Shown here: piece after piece, positions 1 to 10,474 of the stretch
Layout: each line of letters begins with the position of its first letter
Numbering within the stretch: position 1 is the stretch's first letter
Source: Patescibacteria group bacterium
Lineage (GTDB): Bacteria; Patescibacteriota; Patescibacteriia; UBA10025; JBIOWE01
Assembly: GCA_044868145.1 (NCBI GenBank)
Contig: JBIOWE010000006.1
Location: 151,707-215,706, forward strand
DNA length: 64,000 nucleotides
Reading direction: 5' to 3'
The notes under the pieces: model-generated
Databases searched by the model: none
Seen by the model: the letters and a program-made list of their open reading frames with translations, nothing else
What the model was told of the DNA's origin: nothing
Position numbers and translations under genes: made by a program

Positions 1-2
1 TC

Positions 3-377
3 ATATCGCTTCTGCATGACATTCTCGAAGACAGCTTGATGTTGCGAGCTGCTGACATCGCTCACATTTTCGGCCCAACGATTGCAGGGGGCGTCGTGTC
101 TCTCACAAAACAAAAAGGGGAAGACTATTTTGCAAAACTGCATAATGCCTCGTTCAAGTCAAAGTTAGTGAAACTGGCTGACCGGGTGCATAATTTACGT
201 GAAGTGCTCCATAGCCCCTGGAAGAAGCGGACAAAATACGTTCATGAAACCGAAGATTTTTACTTTGATTTCTCCGACCTCGTGAGCAAAGAGTCTCCGC
301 AAGAATTCTTGCAATCCGTTTCTTATCTTCGTCAGGAAATTCGGTTCGCCTGCGATCGCGCCAAAGCATCGCTCTAG
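3..377 (+). CDS. HD-domain (p)ppGpp hydrolase-like protein (small alarmone hydrolase/Mesh1-like), 5'-truncated by the window edge
   Basis: Frame is open from position 3: ISLLHDILEDS...LVKLADRVHNLR, which are the RelA/SpoT HD motifs; no synthetase domain follows. Confidence 0.8.
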   Translation: MSLLHDILEDSLMLRAADIAHIFGPTIAGGVVSLTKQKGEDYFAKLHNASFKSKLVKLADRVHNLREVLHSPWKKRTKYVHETEDFYFDFSDLVSKESPQEFLQSVSYLRQEIRFACDRAKASL

Positions 378-458
378 TAATCATTTGGGCTCTCGTGAAG
401 ATCATCGCGAGAGCCTTTTGTTTTTCGGCTGTTTTTTATGGTATAATAGTCATGTTCT

Positions 459-830
459 ATGCAAAAAACCATAGCCGTCATAGGCGCCTCAGCTGATCGT
501 CGAAAGTATGGTAATAGGGCAGTGCGTGCATATGTGTCGCAAGGGTGGAGCGTGTTTCCCGTGAATCCGCATGAAAAGAAAATTGAGGGACTGAATGTGT
601 ATAAAAGTATTCAGGACATACCCGTTTCGCTCGATCGAATAAGTGTCTATTTACCGCCGACAATCGGCATGACCGTCATTGAGGCAATAGCAGCTAAAAA
701 GCCGAAGGAACTTTTCTTCAATCCAGGCTCAGAAAGCGCGCAACTGATTCAAAAATCGGAATCCCTTGGGCTACAGCCTATTCTCGAGTGCTCGATTACC
801 AACATTGGTTTAGACGCTGAACGACTATGA
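459..830 (+). CDS. CoA-binding protein (YccU-like)
   Basis: IAVIGAS..RKYGNR, VFPVNP, FNPGSES, C-terminal C motif; TATAAT at 442-447. Confidence 0.9.
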   Translation: MQKTIAVIGASADRRKYGNRAVRAYVSQGWSVFPVNPHEKKIEGLNVYKSIQDIPVSLDRISVYLPPTIGMTVIEAIAAKKPKELFFNPGSESAQLIQKSESLGLQPILECSITNIGLDAERL

Positions 831-1261
831 TTTATCTCGGCGCTGATTACGCTGGCTATGCACTCAAAGAAGCCATAAGGCGCTTTCTCACAAAGAAACG
901 CCTCGGTTTCAAAGACGTTGGAACATTTTCCAATAAGAAGAAAGACGATTTTCCCGATTACGCGAAGCCGGTAGCGCAAAAGGTGGCACGTTCGACAAAA
1001 GATCTGGGCATTCTCGTGTGCGGCACGGGTATCGGCATGTGTGTGGCGGCAAATCGCTTTCGGGGAGTCCGCGCGGCTCTTGTGCACGCAGTGAAGCAAG
1101 CCAAATGGGCAAAAACGCATGATAACGTGAACATTCTCTGCCTTGCCTCCTGGGCCGTCAGTAAGTCTCTTGCCTTGAAAATCATAGACGCATGGCTCAA
1201 GACTCGATTTGAACCACTACCACGACGCGTTCGGCGCTTTAAGAAAATCGATCAATGGTAG
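827..1261 (+). CDS. rpiB: Ribose-5-phosphate isomerase B (RpiB/LacAB family)
   Basis: GADYAGY.LKE, DFPDYA, GILVCGTGIGM, HDNVNILCL. Confidence 0.95.
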   Translation: MIYLGADYAGYALKEAIRRFLTKKRLGFKDVGTFSNKKKDDFPDYAKPVAQKVARSTKDLGILVCGTGIGMCVAANRFRGVRAALVHAVKQAKWAKTHDNVNILCLASWAVSKSLALKIIDAWLKTRFEPLPRRVRRFKKIDQW

Positions 1262-1890
1262 AAATAATTCCAGCAATTCTCGAAGATCGTATTGATCTCG
1301 TTGCCCAGCGTTTGAAGCAAGTGGAACCGTTCGTGAAGCAAGTGCAGGTTGATATTGCCGACGGAAAATTCGTTCCCAATCGCACCCATTTCAGCGCACA
1401 AGATTTACTCGGCATTTCGACGTCCCTCTCTATTGAACTGCACATGATGGTGAAAGAGCCGACTGCCACATTGCCGGTATGGTGCACGCATCCCCAATTG
1501 AACAGAATTATTGTTCACGTCGAATCGTCGCGCGACGTCAGACACGCCCTTGATTTAATCCGGTCATGCGGGAAGGAAGCGTGCCTCGCACTCAACCCGG
1601 AGACTCGGGCAAGCGTCATTGAATCGTTGGCCGGAGATTTCGACAGGCTACTGGTGATGGGTGTGCACCCCGGGCATTCTGGTCAAGCGTTTCTCGACGC
1701 CGTCTTGCCCAAAATTAAGTTCATCAGAATGAAGTATTCGCGCTTGCCCATAGAAGTCGATGGGGGAATCACGCATGATAACGCAAAGTCCATTGTCGAA
1801 GCAGGCGCCAGCGCGCTTGTCACGAACACACTTATTTTTCAAAACAACGACATTGACCAAAATATTCGTAAACTTCAACAAGCGATATGA
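1255..1890 (+). CDS. rpe: Ribulose-phosphate 3-epimerase
   Basis: DIADGKFVPN, LHMMV, HVE, MGVHPGHSGQAF, IEVDGGI. Confidence 0.95.
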   Translation: MVEIIPAILEDRIDLVAQRLKQVEPFVKQVQVDIADGKFVPNRTHFSAQDLLGISTSLSIELHMMVKEPTATLPVWCTHPQLNRIIVHVESSRDVRHALDLIRSCGKEACLALNPETRASVIESLAGDFDRLLVMGVHPGHSGQAFLDAVLPKIKFIRMKYSRLPIEVDGGITHDNAKSIVEAGASALVTNTLIFQNNDIDQNIRKLQQAI

Positions 1891-2534
1891 AAATATTCCT
1901 TGACTCGGCAATTATCAAAGAAATAGAATGGTGCCTTGAACACGGCATCCTCGATGGAATTACGACGAATCCTTCGCTCTTACAGCGAACGGATCGTAAG
2001 CTTATGGATGTCATTAACGATATTCTCGACCTCGTGAAGGATAAACCGGTGAGCATTGAAACGGTTACGGAAACAGCCGACGAGCTGATCGAAGAAGGCA
2101 AGCGCGTAGCCAAACTCACAAAAAACGTCGTCGTCAAGATCGTCATGACGCCGGAAGGTATGAAAGCAACGCGCGTCCTCGCGTCAAAGGGGATTAAAGT
2201 CAATGTAACCTTGATATTTAGCCCTAGCCAGGCGCTTTTGGCGGCAAAAGCAGGTGCTTCCTATGTGAGCCCGTTTGTCGGACGCTTGGACGACATCAAG
2301 AAAGACGGTATGCAGGTTGTAAGAGAAATAGTGCAGATATTCAAGAACTACCAAGTTCCGACGCAAGTACTGGCCGCGTCTATGAGAAACGTGCGACACG
2401 TTGAAGAAGCAGCGCTCGCCGGCGCGGATATTGCCACCTGCCCGTTCAACGTCATTCAGGATTTATACAAGCATGAACTCACAGATAAAGGGATTGCAAA
2501 ATTTCTTGAAGATTGGAAGAAAGTACCGAAGTGA
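1887..2534 (+). CDS. tal: Transaldolase (TalC/FSA family)
   Basis: IFLDSA, GITTNPSLL, VVVKI, NVTLIFS, YVSPFVGRLDD; Glu in SIE and Phe in SPF favour transaldolase over FSA. Confidence 0.9.
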   Translation: MKIFLDSAIIKEIEWCLEHGILDGITTNPSLLQRTDRKLMDVINDILDLVKDKPVSIETVTETADELIEEGKRVAKLTKNVVVKIVMTPEGMKATRVLASKGIKVNVTLIFSPSQALLAAKAGASYVSPFVGRLDDIKKDGMQVVREIVQIFKNYQVPTQVLAASMRNVRHVEEAALAGADIATCPFNVIQDLYKHELTDKGIAKFLEDWKKVPK

Positions 2535-2584
2535 AATAAAAAATTAAATATTAAAAATAATGTCGAGACCAATTCTTAGGAACC

Positions 2585-3427
2585 ATGTTGGCACAATATA
2601 AACAACTCATCCGTAAAGCGTTCAAAGGCCAATACGCCATTGGCGCGTTTAATACGTCGGACCTGGAAATAACGCAGGCGATTGTTGAAGCTGGGGAAGG
2701 ATTGCGCGCGCCTGTGATTGTGAACACGAGCGAGAAGGCAATTGATTACGCAGGCCATAAAACATTAAGTCAAATAATTTTATTGATAGGGGAGCAAGCA
2801 GCCATTCCCGTTGTGTTGAATCTTGACCACGGACGGAGCATGTCGCTCGTGAAGTCGAGCCTGGCCCTCGGTTATACTGGTGTGATGTTCGACGGCTCGA
2901 GATGGCCTTTTTCTCGTAATGTGCTCATGACCAAAAAAGCTGTTCAATTGGCGCACCGCAAGGGCGTGCCGTGTGAAGGCGAACTGGGGAGTATCGCGGG
3001 TAAAGAGGATTATGTTCGAGGCAAAGGCGCATTGACGGATCCGAGCCTGGCGAAAGAGTTTGTGCGCAAAACCCGCGTTGATCTGCTTGCAGTCGCCGTG
3101 GGTACAGCCCATGGCTCGCTCCCGGGCGAGCATATTGATATTCCCCGGCTGCGGGAAATCCATCTCGCTATACCAACAACGCCCCTGGTGCTCCATGGCG
3201 CTTCCGGAACGCCAGCGAATCAAATACGGCAGGCGATTAAGTTCGGGGTTGTGAAAGTTAATATCGATACCGATCTTCGGCTCGCATTTTCGTCTGCGCT
3301 CTATAAAACTTTGCGCGATAAAACATTATATGACCCCCGTCAAATCTTGACCCCCAGCCGCATTGCAGTCAAAAAAGCGGTGACAAAAAAAATCCGTTTA
3401 TTTGGCAGTAGCCGAAAGGCTTCTTAG
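2585..3427 (+). CDS. fba: Class II fructose-bisphosphate aldolase
   Basis: AIGAFN, LDHG, VMFDGS, EGELG, AVGTAHG, LVLHGASG, KVNIDTD. Confidence 0.95.
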   Translation: MLAQYKQLIRKAFKGQYAIGAFNTSDLEITQAIVEAGEGLRAPVIVNTSEKAIDYAGHKTLSQIILLIGEQAAIPVVLNLDHGRSMSLVKSSLALGYTGVMFDGSRWPFSRNVLMTKKAVQLAHRKGVPCEGELGSIAGKEDYVRGKGALTDPSLAKEFVRKTRVDLLAVAVGTAHGSLPGEHIDIPRLREIHLAIPTTPLVLHGASGTPANQIRQAIKFGVVKVNIDTDLRLAFSSALYKTLRDKTLYDPRQILTPSRIAVKKAVTKKIRLFGSSRKAS

Positions 3428-3497
3428 CTTATGGCGTATTGCGTATAGCTTATAGTATGATGAGAGGTGTACCTATAAGCTATACGCTATTAACTAT

Positions 3498-4496
3498 ATG
3501 CCGACATTTGATGTGATTACCATCGGGAGTGCGACGCGAGACGTCTATCTGTTTAGCAAAAAATTTCACGTGATCAAGGACCGACGCATGCCGACCGGGC
3601 AGGCGGAGAGCTTCGCGTTTGGGACAAAAATCGAATTGGACCGCGTGTTGCTTGAGGTTGGCGGCGGCGCCACAAATACGGCGTTCACGCTGGCGCGTCA
3701 GGGTTTCCGCGTGGGCAGCGTCGTCAGGGTCGGTCGCGACCAGGCAGGGACGGAAATCGTCGATTTTTTAAAGCGACACCATATAACCCCGTTTGTGACG
3801 GTTGATCCGAAGCGTCCAACAGGATTTTCCGTTGTTTTTCTGACGAAATCCGGCGAACGCACAATTCTTGTGTATCGAGGAGCGAGCGACGCTATGCAGA
3901 GCGCCAACGTATCCTGGCAAGCTTTGGGCAAAACGAAATGGGTCTATATGACCTCGGTAAGCGGAAACGTTCCACTTATGAAACGGGTCGTCGGATTTTC
4001 GCGCAAGCGAGGTATCCGCGTTGCCGTCAATTTCGGGAAGCGCGAACTCGCCTTCGGCTTCAAGCGCTTATTGCCAGTTATTCAGAATGCGGACGTAACT
4101 TTTTTGAATCGTGAAGAAGCATCCAAGCTTTTTAGCGTACGCCCAAGCGACACGCGAGCACTCATTGCAAAGTTGAAAACCATGCGCTACGGCATGTTTG
4201 TTGTAACAGAAGGTAAGCGCGGTTCGATGGCGTTTGACCAATCGCGTCTTTTTACGGTTCGCGTAAAGCAAGTGAAGGTAAAAGATACCACGGGCGCTGG
4301 AGATGCGTTTGGCTCAGGATTTCTCGCAGGCTACATGCGAACCAAGAATATTCGACACGCGCTTACGTTTGGGTCCTTAAACGCTGCGGCAGACGTCCAG
4401 GCGATCGGCGCGAAGCATGGCGCGCTTGGCAGGGTGCGCGCTATTTCGAGCGATCCTTCTATCAAGATTACTATTGAAAAAATCCCAGGCACCTGA
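3498..4496 (+). CDS. PfkB-family carbohydrate kinase
   Basis: GGGATNTA N-terminal motif and DTTGAGDAFGSGF. Confidence 0.92.
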   Translation: MPTFDVITIGSATRDVYLFSKKFHVIKDRRMPTGQAESFAFGTKIELDRVLLEVGGGATNTAFTLARQGFRVGSVVRVGRDQAGTEIVDFLKRHHITPFVTVDPKRPTGFSVVFLTKSGERTILVYRGASDAMQSANVSWQALGKTKWVYMTSVSGNVPLMKRVVGFSRKRGIRVAVNFGKRELAFGFKRLLPVIQNADVTFLNREEASKLFSVRPSDTRALIAKLKTMRYGMFVVTEGKRGSMAFDQSRLFTVRVKQVKVKDTTGAGDAFGSGFLAGYMRTKNIRHALTFGSLNAAADVQAIGAKHGALGRVRAISSDPSIKITIEKIPGT

Positions 4497-4529
4497 TATA
4501 GTAGCCGTCATGATTCACGTAAACTGCTT

Positions 4530-6062
4530 ATGAACACGAAGAGCAGTTTTTTAGTCTCAAAATTGAATTTTTGGTCACGTCTCTCTGACCATACAAAGTA
4601 CCGGATACTCGAAATGATTCCGGGTTTGCTCGTTTGGACCACGTTTTTTTTCGCGCTTTTCTTTTCATTCATTAAGCCTCTTTGGGTAATCTATTTTATC
4701 CTCGTCTTCGATTTACTGTGGCTCATCCGCATACTCTACGTCACAATTTACATTATTGTTTCATACAAACGCTTCCGACAAGCATTGAAAGTCAATTGGC
4801 TAGAAAAGTTGCGGGCAACGCCCCGATGGGGGGAGTTTGTTCATACAATTTTTATCCCAACGTACAAAGAACCGATCGAGGTGCTCGACACAACCTTTCA
4901 GGCGCTGATACATTCGGACTACCCGCTTGAGAAATTTATCGTCATCCTCGCCGGAGAAGAGCGCGATCATGAGCAGTTCGTCAAGAATGCGCGGTTGATC
5001 CAAGAACGCTACGGATCGAAATTTGGGTATTTGATGGTTACGCTGCACCCTAAGGATATTGTCGGTCAGATTGCGGGTAAGGGGTCCAATCTGGCATTCG
5101 CAGGCAGGCAAGCGCAAGAATACATTGACAGCAAAGGAATTCCATACGAAAACGTGATCGTTTCTTCTTTTGATGCGGATACTTGCGTCCACCCGCAATA
5201 TTTCAGCTACTTGACCTATAAATATTTGACCTGTGAAAATCCAACGCGGACGAGTTTCCAGCCTCTAGCACTCTTTAACAATAATATTTGGCAAGCGCCG
5301 GCGTTCAGCCGCGTCGTTTCCTACAGCACGACGTTTTGGTTGCTTTCCGAACAGGTGCGGCCTGAGCGGATGTTCACATTCTCTTCCCATAGCATGAGTT
5401 TTAAGGCGCTTGTTGAAGTCGGCTTTTGGCAGGATGACATCGTGACCGAGGACTCTCGTATTGTTATCCAGTGTTTGATTCATTACGATGGCGCGTATAA
5501 GGTTGAACCTTTATATATCCCGTTATCTATGGATACGGTGCACGGCAAGAACCTTTGGGATACGATTAAAAATCAATATCGCCAGGTGCGGCGGTGGGCG
5601 TACGGCGTGGAGAATTTTCCTTATATGGCATGGAATTTTATCGGAAACAAACGCATGCCGTTTCTGGTGAAATGGCGCTATATGTGGAATCAATTGGAAG
5701 GCGTCTATTCCTGGGCGACTGCGCCGATTCTTATTACGATTCTTGGCCGCTTGCCCGTGTGGATCGCGAACCAGCGGGAGGAAGTTGCCGCAGCTGCTCA
5801 AAACGCGCCAGAGATACTTCAGGTGATTCTGACCATTTCCATGATCGGTATTTTTATTTCCGCCATGCTCGCAACATCGCTCTTACCCCCACGGCCGCAA
5901 TCATTCAAGCCCTGGAAACTCCTGTTTATGGTCGTGCAGTGGATTTTTTTGCCGGTCACGCTCATTTTTTTCGGTTCCATTCCGGCGATTGAAGCGCAAA
6001 CGCGGCTCATGCTCGGCAAATATCTGGGGTTCCATGTGACGGAAAAGGTAAGGAAAAGTTAA
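4530..6062 (+). CDS. Processive GT2 membrane glycosyltransferase (cellulose/chitin-synthase-like)
   Basis: PTYKE, GKGSN, FDAD, TEDS, QVRRW (QxxRW) motifs; multiple TM segments. Confidence 0.85.
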   Translation: MNTKSSFLVSKLNFWSRLSDHTKYRILEMIPGLLVWTTFFFALFFSFIKPLWVIYFILVFDLLWLIRILYVTIYIIVSYKRFRQALKVNWLEKLRATPRWGEFVHTIFIPTYKEPIEVLDTTFQALIHSDYPLEKFIVILAGEERDHEQFVKNARLIQERYGSKFGYLMVTLHPKDIVGQIAGKGSNLAFAGRQAQEYIDSKGIPYENVIVSSFDADTCVHPQYFSYLTYKYLTCENPTRTSFQPLALFNNNIWQAPAFSRVVSYSTTFWLLSEQVRPERMFTFSSHSMSFKALVEVGFWQDDIVTEDSRIVIQCLIHYDGAYKVEPLYIPLSMDTVHGKNLWDTIKNQYRQVRRWAYGVENFPYMAWNFIGNKRMPFLVKWRYMWNQLEGVYSWATAPILITILGRLPVWIANQREEVAAAAQNAPEILQVILTISMIGIFISAMLATSLLPPRPQSFKPWKLLFMVVQWIFLPVTLIFFGSIPAIEAQTRLMLGKYLGFHVTEKVRKS

Positions 6063-6114
6063 AAAGGAAAAAGTAAAAACGATGGAAGGATTGCTTTACA
6101 TTTTGATTTTTTAT

Positions 6115-7092
6115 TCATTCCAATTTTGCCTTCCCAATTTCCGGGCGTCCCTTTAAAAAATCTGCGCTGTCCATTTCCTTTTTTCCTTCGAGTTGCAGTC
6201 GCTCGAAAATTAAACTGCCTTTGCCACAGGTGACGGCAAGCTTGTTGTCCGTCGTGAGAAATGTTTTGCCGAGCAACGTGTTATCCGCGCAGGAGATGTG
6301 AGGGTTGAGAACGCTTGCCCTGGTTATTTTCAACATGGCGTTTGTGTCATGACGATGCCATAAAGTCCACGCGCCTGGCCAGGGGGTGAACGCTCGGATC
6401 TTTCTCTCTATCTCAATCGCGGAAGTTGACCAATCGATTTTGCCGTCTTCTTTTTTTATTATTTTAGTGTACGTCGCTTTGTCCTTGTCCTGCGGCGTTG
6501 GTTTGAGCTTTCCCTCGAGATAGGGGAGAAGCGCCCGTTCCAAAAGTCTGGCACTCTTTTTGGCAAGCAAATCGTGCAGCGTGTCAAATCTCTCATTGCG
6601 GGTGACGAGCGCGGTTTCTTGCGCGATAATCGGGCCGGTGTCCATGCTCTCGTCTATTTTCATCAAGGTGACGCCGCTTACCGAGTCGCCGCTCAGAATC
6701 GTGTGCTGTATCGGCGAAGCACCGCGCCAGCGCGGTAGCAGCGAAGCGTGCAAATTTAAAAATCCATGCTCGGGTATTGCAAGGATATTCGCCGGAATAA
6801 TTTTTCCGTATGCAATGACAATGGCCAGGTCGGGTCTTTCGGCTTTGACCCGTTCCTCGAATTCGTGCGTTTTGATTTTTTCCGGCAAAATAACGGGAAT
6901 GCGATGTTGTTCGGCTGCGAGTTTAACCGGCGACGCCGTTATTGTTTGTTTTCTGCCGACTGGCTTATCCGGTTGAGAGACGACCAAGCGAAGGTCCAGG
7001 TAGGGGAGTGTGAGAATTTTTTCCAGTGTCGGAAGACTGAAATCAGGCGTACCAAAGAAAATTGTCCTGTACTTTTTCTGTGACTGGTTCAT
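6115..7092 (-). CDS. fmt: Methionyl-tRNA formyltransferase
   Basis: FFGTPDFS, QPDKPVGR, NLHASLLPRWRGASPIQ. Confidence 0.97.
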   Translation of the reverse strand: MNQSQKKYRTIFFGTPDFSLPTLEKILTLPYLDLRLVVSQPDKPVGRKQTITASPVKLAAEQHRIPVILPEKIKTHEFEERVKAERPDLAIVIAYGKIIPANILAIPEHGFLNLHASLLPRWRGASPIQHTILSGDSVSGVTLMKIDESMDTGPIIAQETALVTRNERFDTLHDLLAKKSARLLERALLPYLEGKLKPTPQDKDKATYTKIIKKEDGKIDWSTSAIEIERKIRAFTPWPGAWTLWHRHDTNAMLKITRASVLNPHISCADNTLLGKTFLTTDNKLAVTCGKGSLIFERLQLEGKKEMDSADFLKGRPEIGKAKLE

Positions 7093-7565
7093 TGAGGAAT
7101 TGTCCCCCTGGTTATTTTGTCAGCGCCATCAATGAACAGCTTGCCGTTCAGATGGTCAATCTCATGCTGAATGACGCGGGCAAATAACCCCGAAGCTTTG
7201 AGACGTTTCTTTTCGCCAGACAGCGTCGTATTTTCCACTTCAATGGAATAGCTTCGTTTCATTGTGCCAAACACGCCGGGAATGGACAAACATCCTTCTT
7301 CCATCGTCTCTTTTTTCCAGGAGCGCTGGATGATTTTCGGGTTGACCAGGACGGTGGGCTCGGGTTCAGTTCGCACAAGCGCAAGGTTCAGATCAACGCC
7401 GATTTGATTCGCCGCGATCCCAATTCCATTTTGATTGAACATTGTTTCACGCATATCGCGAATGAGCTTCTTTGTTTCTGACGAATGTAAATCGTCGAGC
7501 GTCAGCTGCCGCGTCTTTTTGCGCAATATCTCGTTAGGATGTTTAACGACTTTTTGTACGGCCAT
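7089..7565 (-). CDS. def: Peptide deformylase
   Basis: GIGIAANQIG, EGCLSIPG, QHEIDHLNG. Confidence 0.97.
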   Translation of the reverse strand: MAVQKVVKHPNEILRKKTRQLTLDDLHSSETKKLIRDMRETMFNQNGIGIAANQIGVDLNLALVRTEPEPTVLVNPKIIQRSWKKETMEEGCLSIPGVFGTMKRSYSIEVENTTLSGEKKRLKASGLFARVIQHEIDHLNGKLFIDGADKITRGTIPQ

Positions 7566-7570
7566 AGGGT

Positions 7571-9481
7571 TTAAAGCAGACGTTCAGGGTCTCTATCGAT
7601 GAGTATATCAGATGGTACGTTGTGCATGAACGTCTGAAGCGCCTGACTTGATGTTGAGAATGGCAGCTTGATCACAATATAGCTACGCCATTTTTTATGG
7701 ACGCGTGGAACATAGGGATCGAGCCGTTGTACACGAACGAGCGAGGAAAGATTCTGGGCAAGCGTTTTGAGGTTAGCCAGCAGGCGATCCGCACGATGTC
7801 GGCATTTCTCCGCGCTCTGATCCTGCACGATGAGCTTAATGATTTCCATGAATGGGGGATAATCAAATTGTTTTCTTTGCGTGAGCTCAGCTTCATAGAA
7901 AGATTCCGGATCATCGTGCGCGAGCGCTTGTATGGCGGTGTGTTGGCTTGCGTATGTTTGAATGACGAACGTGGCCAGGGGGGCGTAATACGGCAGGAAC
8001 GCGAGTAACTGGTACGTCCGCTCGGCGGATCGAAAGTCAGGCAAGTGGAGCGTCGTGTCGGCCGAAAGTACACCAATGAGACTCACGCTCGCAGTGCGCA
8101 AGATCGGGATTGCCCGTTCCGTACCTATGAGAATATCGAACGATGTCGTCAGTCGGTCCGTATCGCTGTCAAGCCGCGCCACCTTGTGTTTTGGAAACGC
8201 TCGCCGGAGCTCGCGTTCGATTTTTTGCGTGCCAGAGCCCGTGAAGGCAAATCGAACGCCGGAGCACGAAGGACAAAATGGCGGTAGCTCGCTCTGCTTA
8301 TTATCTTTTTGGCAGTAAAGAAAGGGTTTGCCCGCATCACCCTTGCCGTATTCATAGAAGGTAAGCGTGGAGTGGCAGATCTCACATTGGAGTACATGTC
8401 CGCAGTCGCGGCACCGAACCGCAGATGCGCTGCCCCGCCGATTCAGCAATAAAAATACTTTGCTTTTTTCTTTGAGCGTTTGTCTGATCTGGTCTGTCAA
8501 CGTTTCGGAGATGGGAGAGTAGCTTTGCTTCTTAATTTCCTCCGCCATATCAATGAGCAAGCGGGGCGTTTTCTTTTGGGGTTGCGCGACCTCGAGCAGT
8601 TTCGATTTGCCTTCCTTGCACGCATAGTATTGTTCAATGGTTGGGCTATGCGACATAAAAATAAGCTTGGCGCCATGGAGCTCCGCGAGCTTCAGCCCGA
8701 CATCTCGGGAATCAAAACGCGGGTTTTGATCAGATTGCTTATGGTTCGGTTTTTCCGATTGATAGACGACAATAGTGTCGATCGTTTGTAATGGCGCGAA
8801 CAGGGCCAGTTTTGTGCCGAGAACAACATTTGCTTTACCCGTTTGTACGGCTCGCCAATTTGCATAAAAATCATTTTTCTTCATGTCGCTATGCAACCAA
8901 GCGATGATGTTTCCATGCAGAGGTAAAACGCGCTGGATCCAATCAATATCCTGAATCGTCGGCACAAGAATAAGTATTGGTTTGCCAACGTTTTTTACAA
9001 TTTCGTGCAAAAAAGATTGCTCTTCCGCGACTGTTTTTGCCCAAAAAAAGTATCGTTTCGCCTTATCCTTGCCCAAGGCTTGTACCAAGCTCGTGATTTC
9101 TTGTTGTGACCGTATATTCGTCGTTGGACTTTTTTTCAATTCTTTTGCTGCCAGATTTTTTTTTGGGATTTCCGGAAGCATCATTTTTATTACCGTGCCA
9201 AGGGAAACAAAATAGTAGTCGGCGATCCAGCGGCCAAGCTCTATTTGTTGTTTTGTGATCACGGGTCGCACGTCAACAATGGCCGCGATGTCTTTGATGC
9301 GTTTGCCTTGAATTGCCTGGTCCTTCAACTGGACGACCACGCCTTCTTTTATGGATGACCTGAATGGAATGCGGACACGTTGGCCCAGCGCAATCGTCGT
9401 CTCGAGCGAAGCGGGAACTCGATAATCAAAGACCCCGAGGTGTTTCGGGAACCGTTTTGAGAGAATAACTTCTGCGAACAT
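7571..9481 (-). CDS. priA: Primosomal protein N' (PriA) with degenerate helicase motifs
   Basis: 3'-DNA-binding N-terminus (FDYRVP..GQRVRIPF), LLNRRG, Cys-rich CxxC array, GTQKIE, LPDFRSAERTYQ, YPPF; Walker A and DExH absent. Confidence 0.9.
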   Translation of the reverse strand: MFAEVILSKRFPKHLGVFDYRVPASLETTIALGQRVRIPFRSSIKEGVVVQLKDQAIQGKRIKDIAAIVDVRPVITKQQIELGRWIADYYFVSLGTVIKMMLPEIPKKNLAAKELKKSPTTNIRSQQEITSLVQALGKDKAKRYFFWAKTVAEEQSFLHEIVKNVGKPILILVPTIQDIDWIQRVLPLHGNIIAWLHSDMKKNDFYANWRAVQTGKANVVLGTKLALFAPLQTIDTIVVYQSEKPNHKQSDQNPRFDSRDVGLKLAELHGAKLIFMSHSPTIEQYYACKEGKSKLLEVAQPQKKTPRLLIDMAEEIKKQSYSPISETLTDQIRQTLKEKSKVFLLLNRRGSASAVRCRDCGHVLQCEICHSTLTFYEYGKGDAGKPFLYCQKDNKQSELPPFCPSCSGVRFAFTGSGTQKIERELRRAFPKHKVARLDSDTDRLTTSFDILIGTERAIPILRTASVSLIGVLSADTTLHLPDFRSAERTYQLLAFLPYYAPLATFVIQTYASQHTAIQALAHDDPESFYEAELTQRKQFDYPPFMEIIKLIVQDQSAEKCRHRADRLLANLKTLAQNLSSLVRVQRLDPYVPRVHKKWRSYIVIKLPFSTSSQALQTFMHNVPSDILIDRDPERLL

Positions 9482-9554
9482 ATCTGTTTACTGCCTTGTA
9501 TCTTACCATCTGCGCCCAATACAAAAAAGACCCCTTCGGCTCTCTTGGGGCGTC

Positions 9555-10349
9555 TTATGGCAATTGGAATAGGGCGCTTACGTACCCGGTGCCAAACGGC
9601 GCTTCGTACGAAAGGATTTGTGGCTTTACGTTGATGCTATTCAGGATGCCGAAGAAAATCGCGAAACTGCGCAAACCGCACTCTTGCACCTCTTCGACGA
9701 ACTGTGGGTCCAATTTCAGAAGTCCTTGGAAATCCTTTGCTTGAATTTTTTTGATTACATCTTGATCAAATTTCTCTGCCCACGCGGAGTAGCCTGCTGG
9801 CGATTCTTTTTTTGATCGACTTGAGAGTTCACCGGACGCAATGATGGCGATCCGTTTCGTTTCATTGACGATATCTTCTTGAAGTTTCATGCCAAACTGA
9901 TAATGAGCTTCAAGAGGCAAGAGTGAGTAGGACAGCGGAATAATCTTCACGTCCTGCCCTTTGGCGTCGTGCAAGAGCATGTACAGCGGCACCGAACTGC
10001 CGTGATCGAGCGTGGGTTGATTTGTGAGGACAACCGGTATGGTGCCTTCGAATTTCTCTTTCATGTGATGCGCCAAGCCAACATCGCCGGTTAGCGTCAT
10101 GGTGCTGGCAAGGTCGCCGAATTCAGCGAAGCTGATCGTATACTGCGGCGACAAATTAATGGAAAACGCGTCCGCAACCACCGAGCCGTGCGGCGAAATC
10201 AACAGTATTGTGTCCGGTTTTGTCGCGTATAACTCCTTTGCGATGAGGTCAAGCGACGCGCGGGTTTTTTCAACGAAACGGCTGTGCTCTTTGCCGATTG
10301 TCGGAATCAGGATCGGCGAATGCGGGACAATGGCGCTAAAAACTATCAT
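9555..10349 (-). CDS. AmmeMemoRadiSam protein B / LigB-like extradiol-dioxygenase-fold protein
   Basis: VPHSPILIP, ISPHG, LDHGSSVPL, IASGELS, ECGLRS, YEAPFGTGY. Confidence 0.85.
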   Translation of the reverse strand: MIVFSAIVPHSPILIPTIGKEHSRFVEKTRASLDLIAKELYATKPDTILLISPHGSVVADAFSINLSPQYTISFAEFGDLASTMTLTGDVGLAHHMKEKFEGTIPVVLTNQPTLDHGSSVPLYMLLHDAKGQDVKIIPLSYSLLPLEAHYQFGMKLQEDIVNETKRIAIIASGELSSRSKKESPAGYSAWAEKFDQDVIKKIQAKDFQGLLKLDPQFVEEVQECGLRSFAIFFGILNSINVKPQILSYEAPFGTGYVSALFQLP

Positions 10350-10474
10350 ATCGTGATGAATTTCTAATGCCTAATTGATCTCATGACTAATCAATACCCA
10401 GTGGCTAATGACAGAATGACCGAAATTTAGACATTAGACATTGATTAGGAATTAGATATTAGAAATTAGTCATT

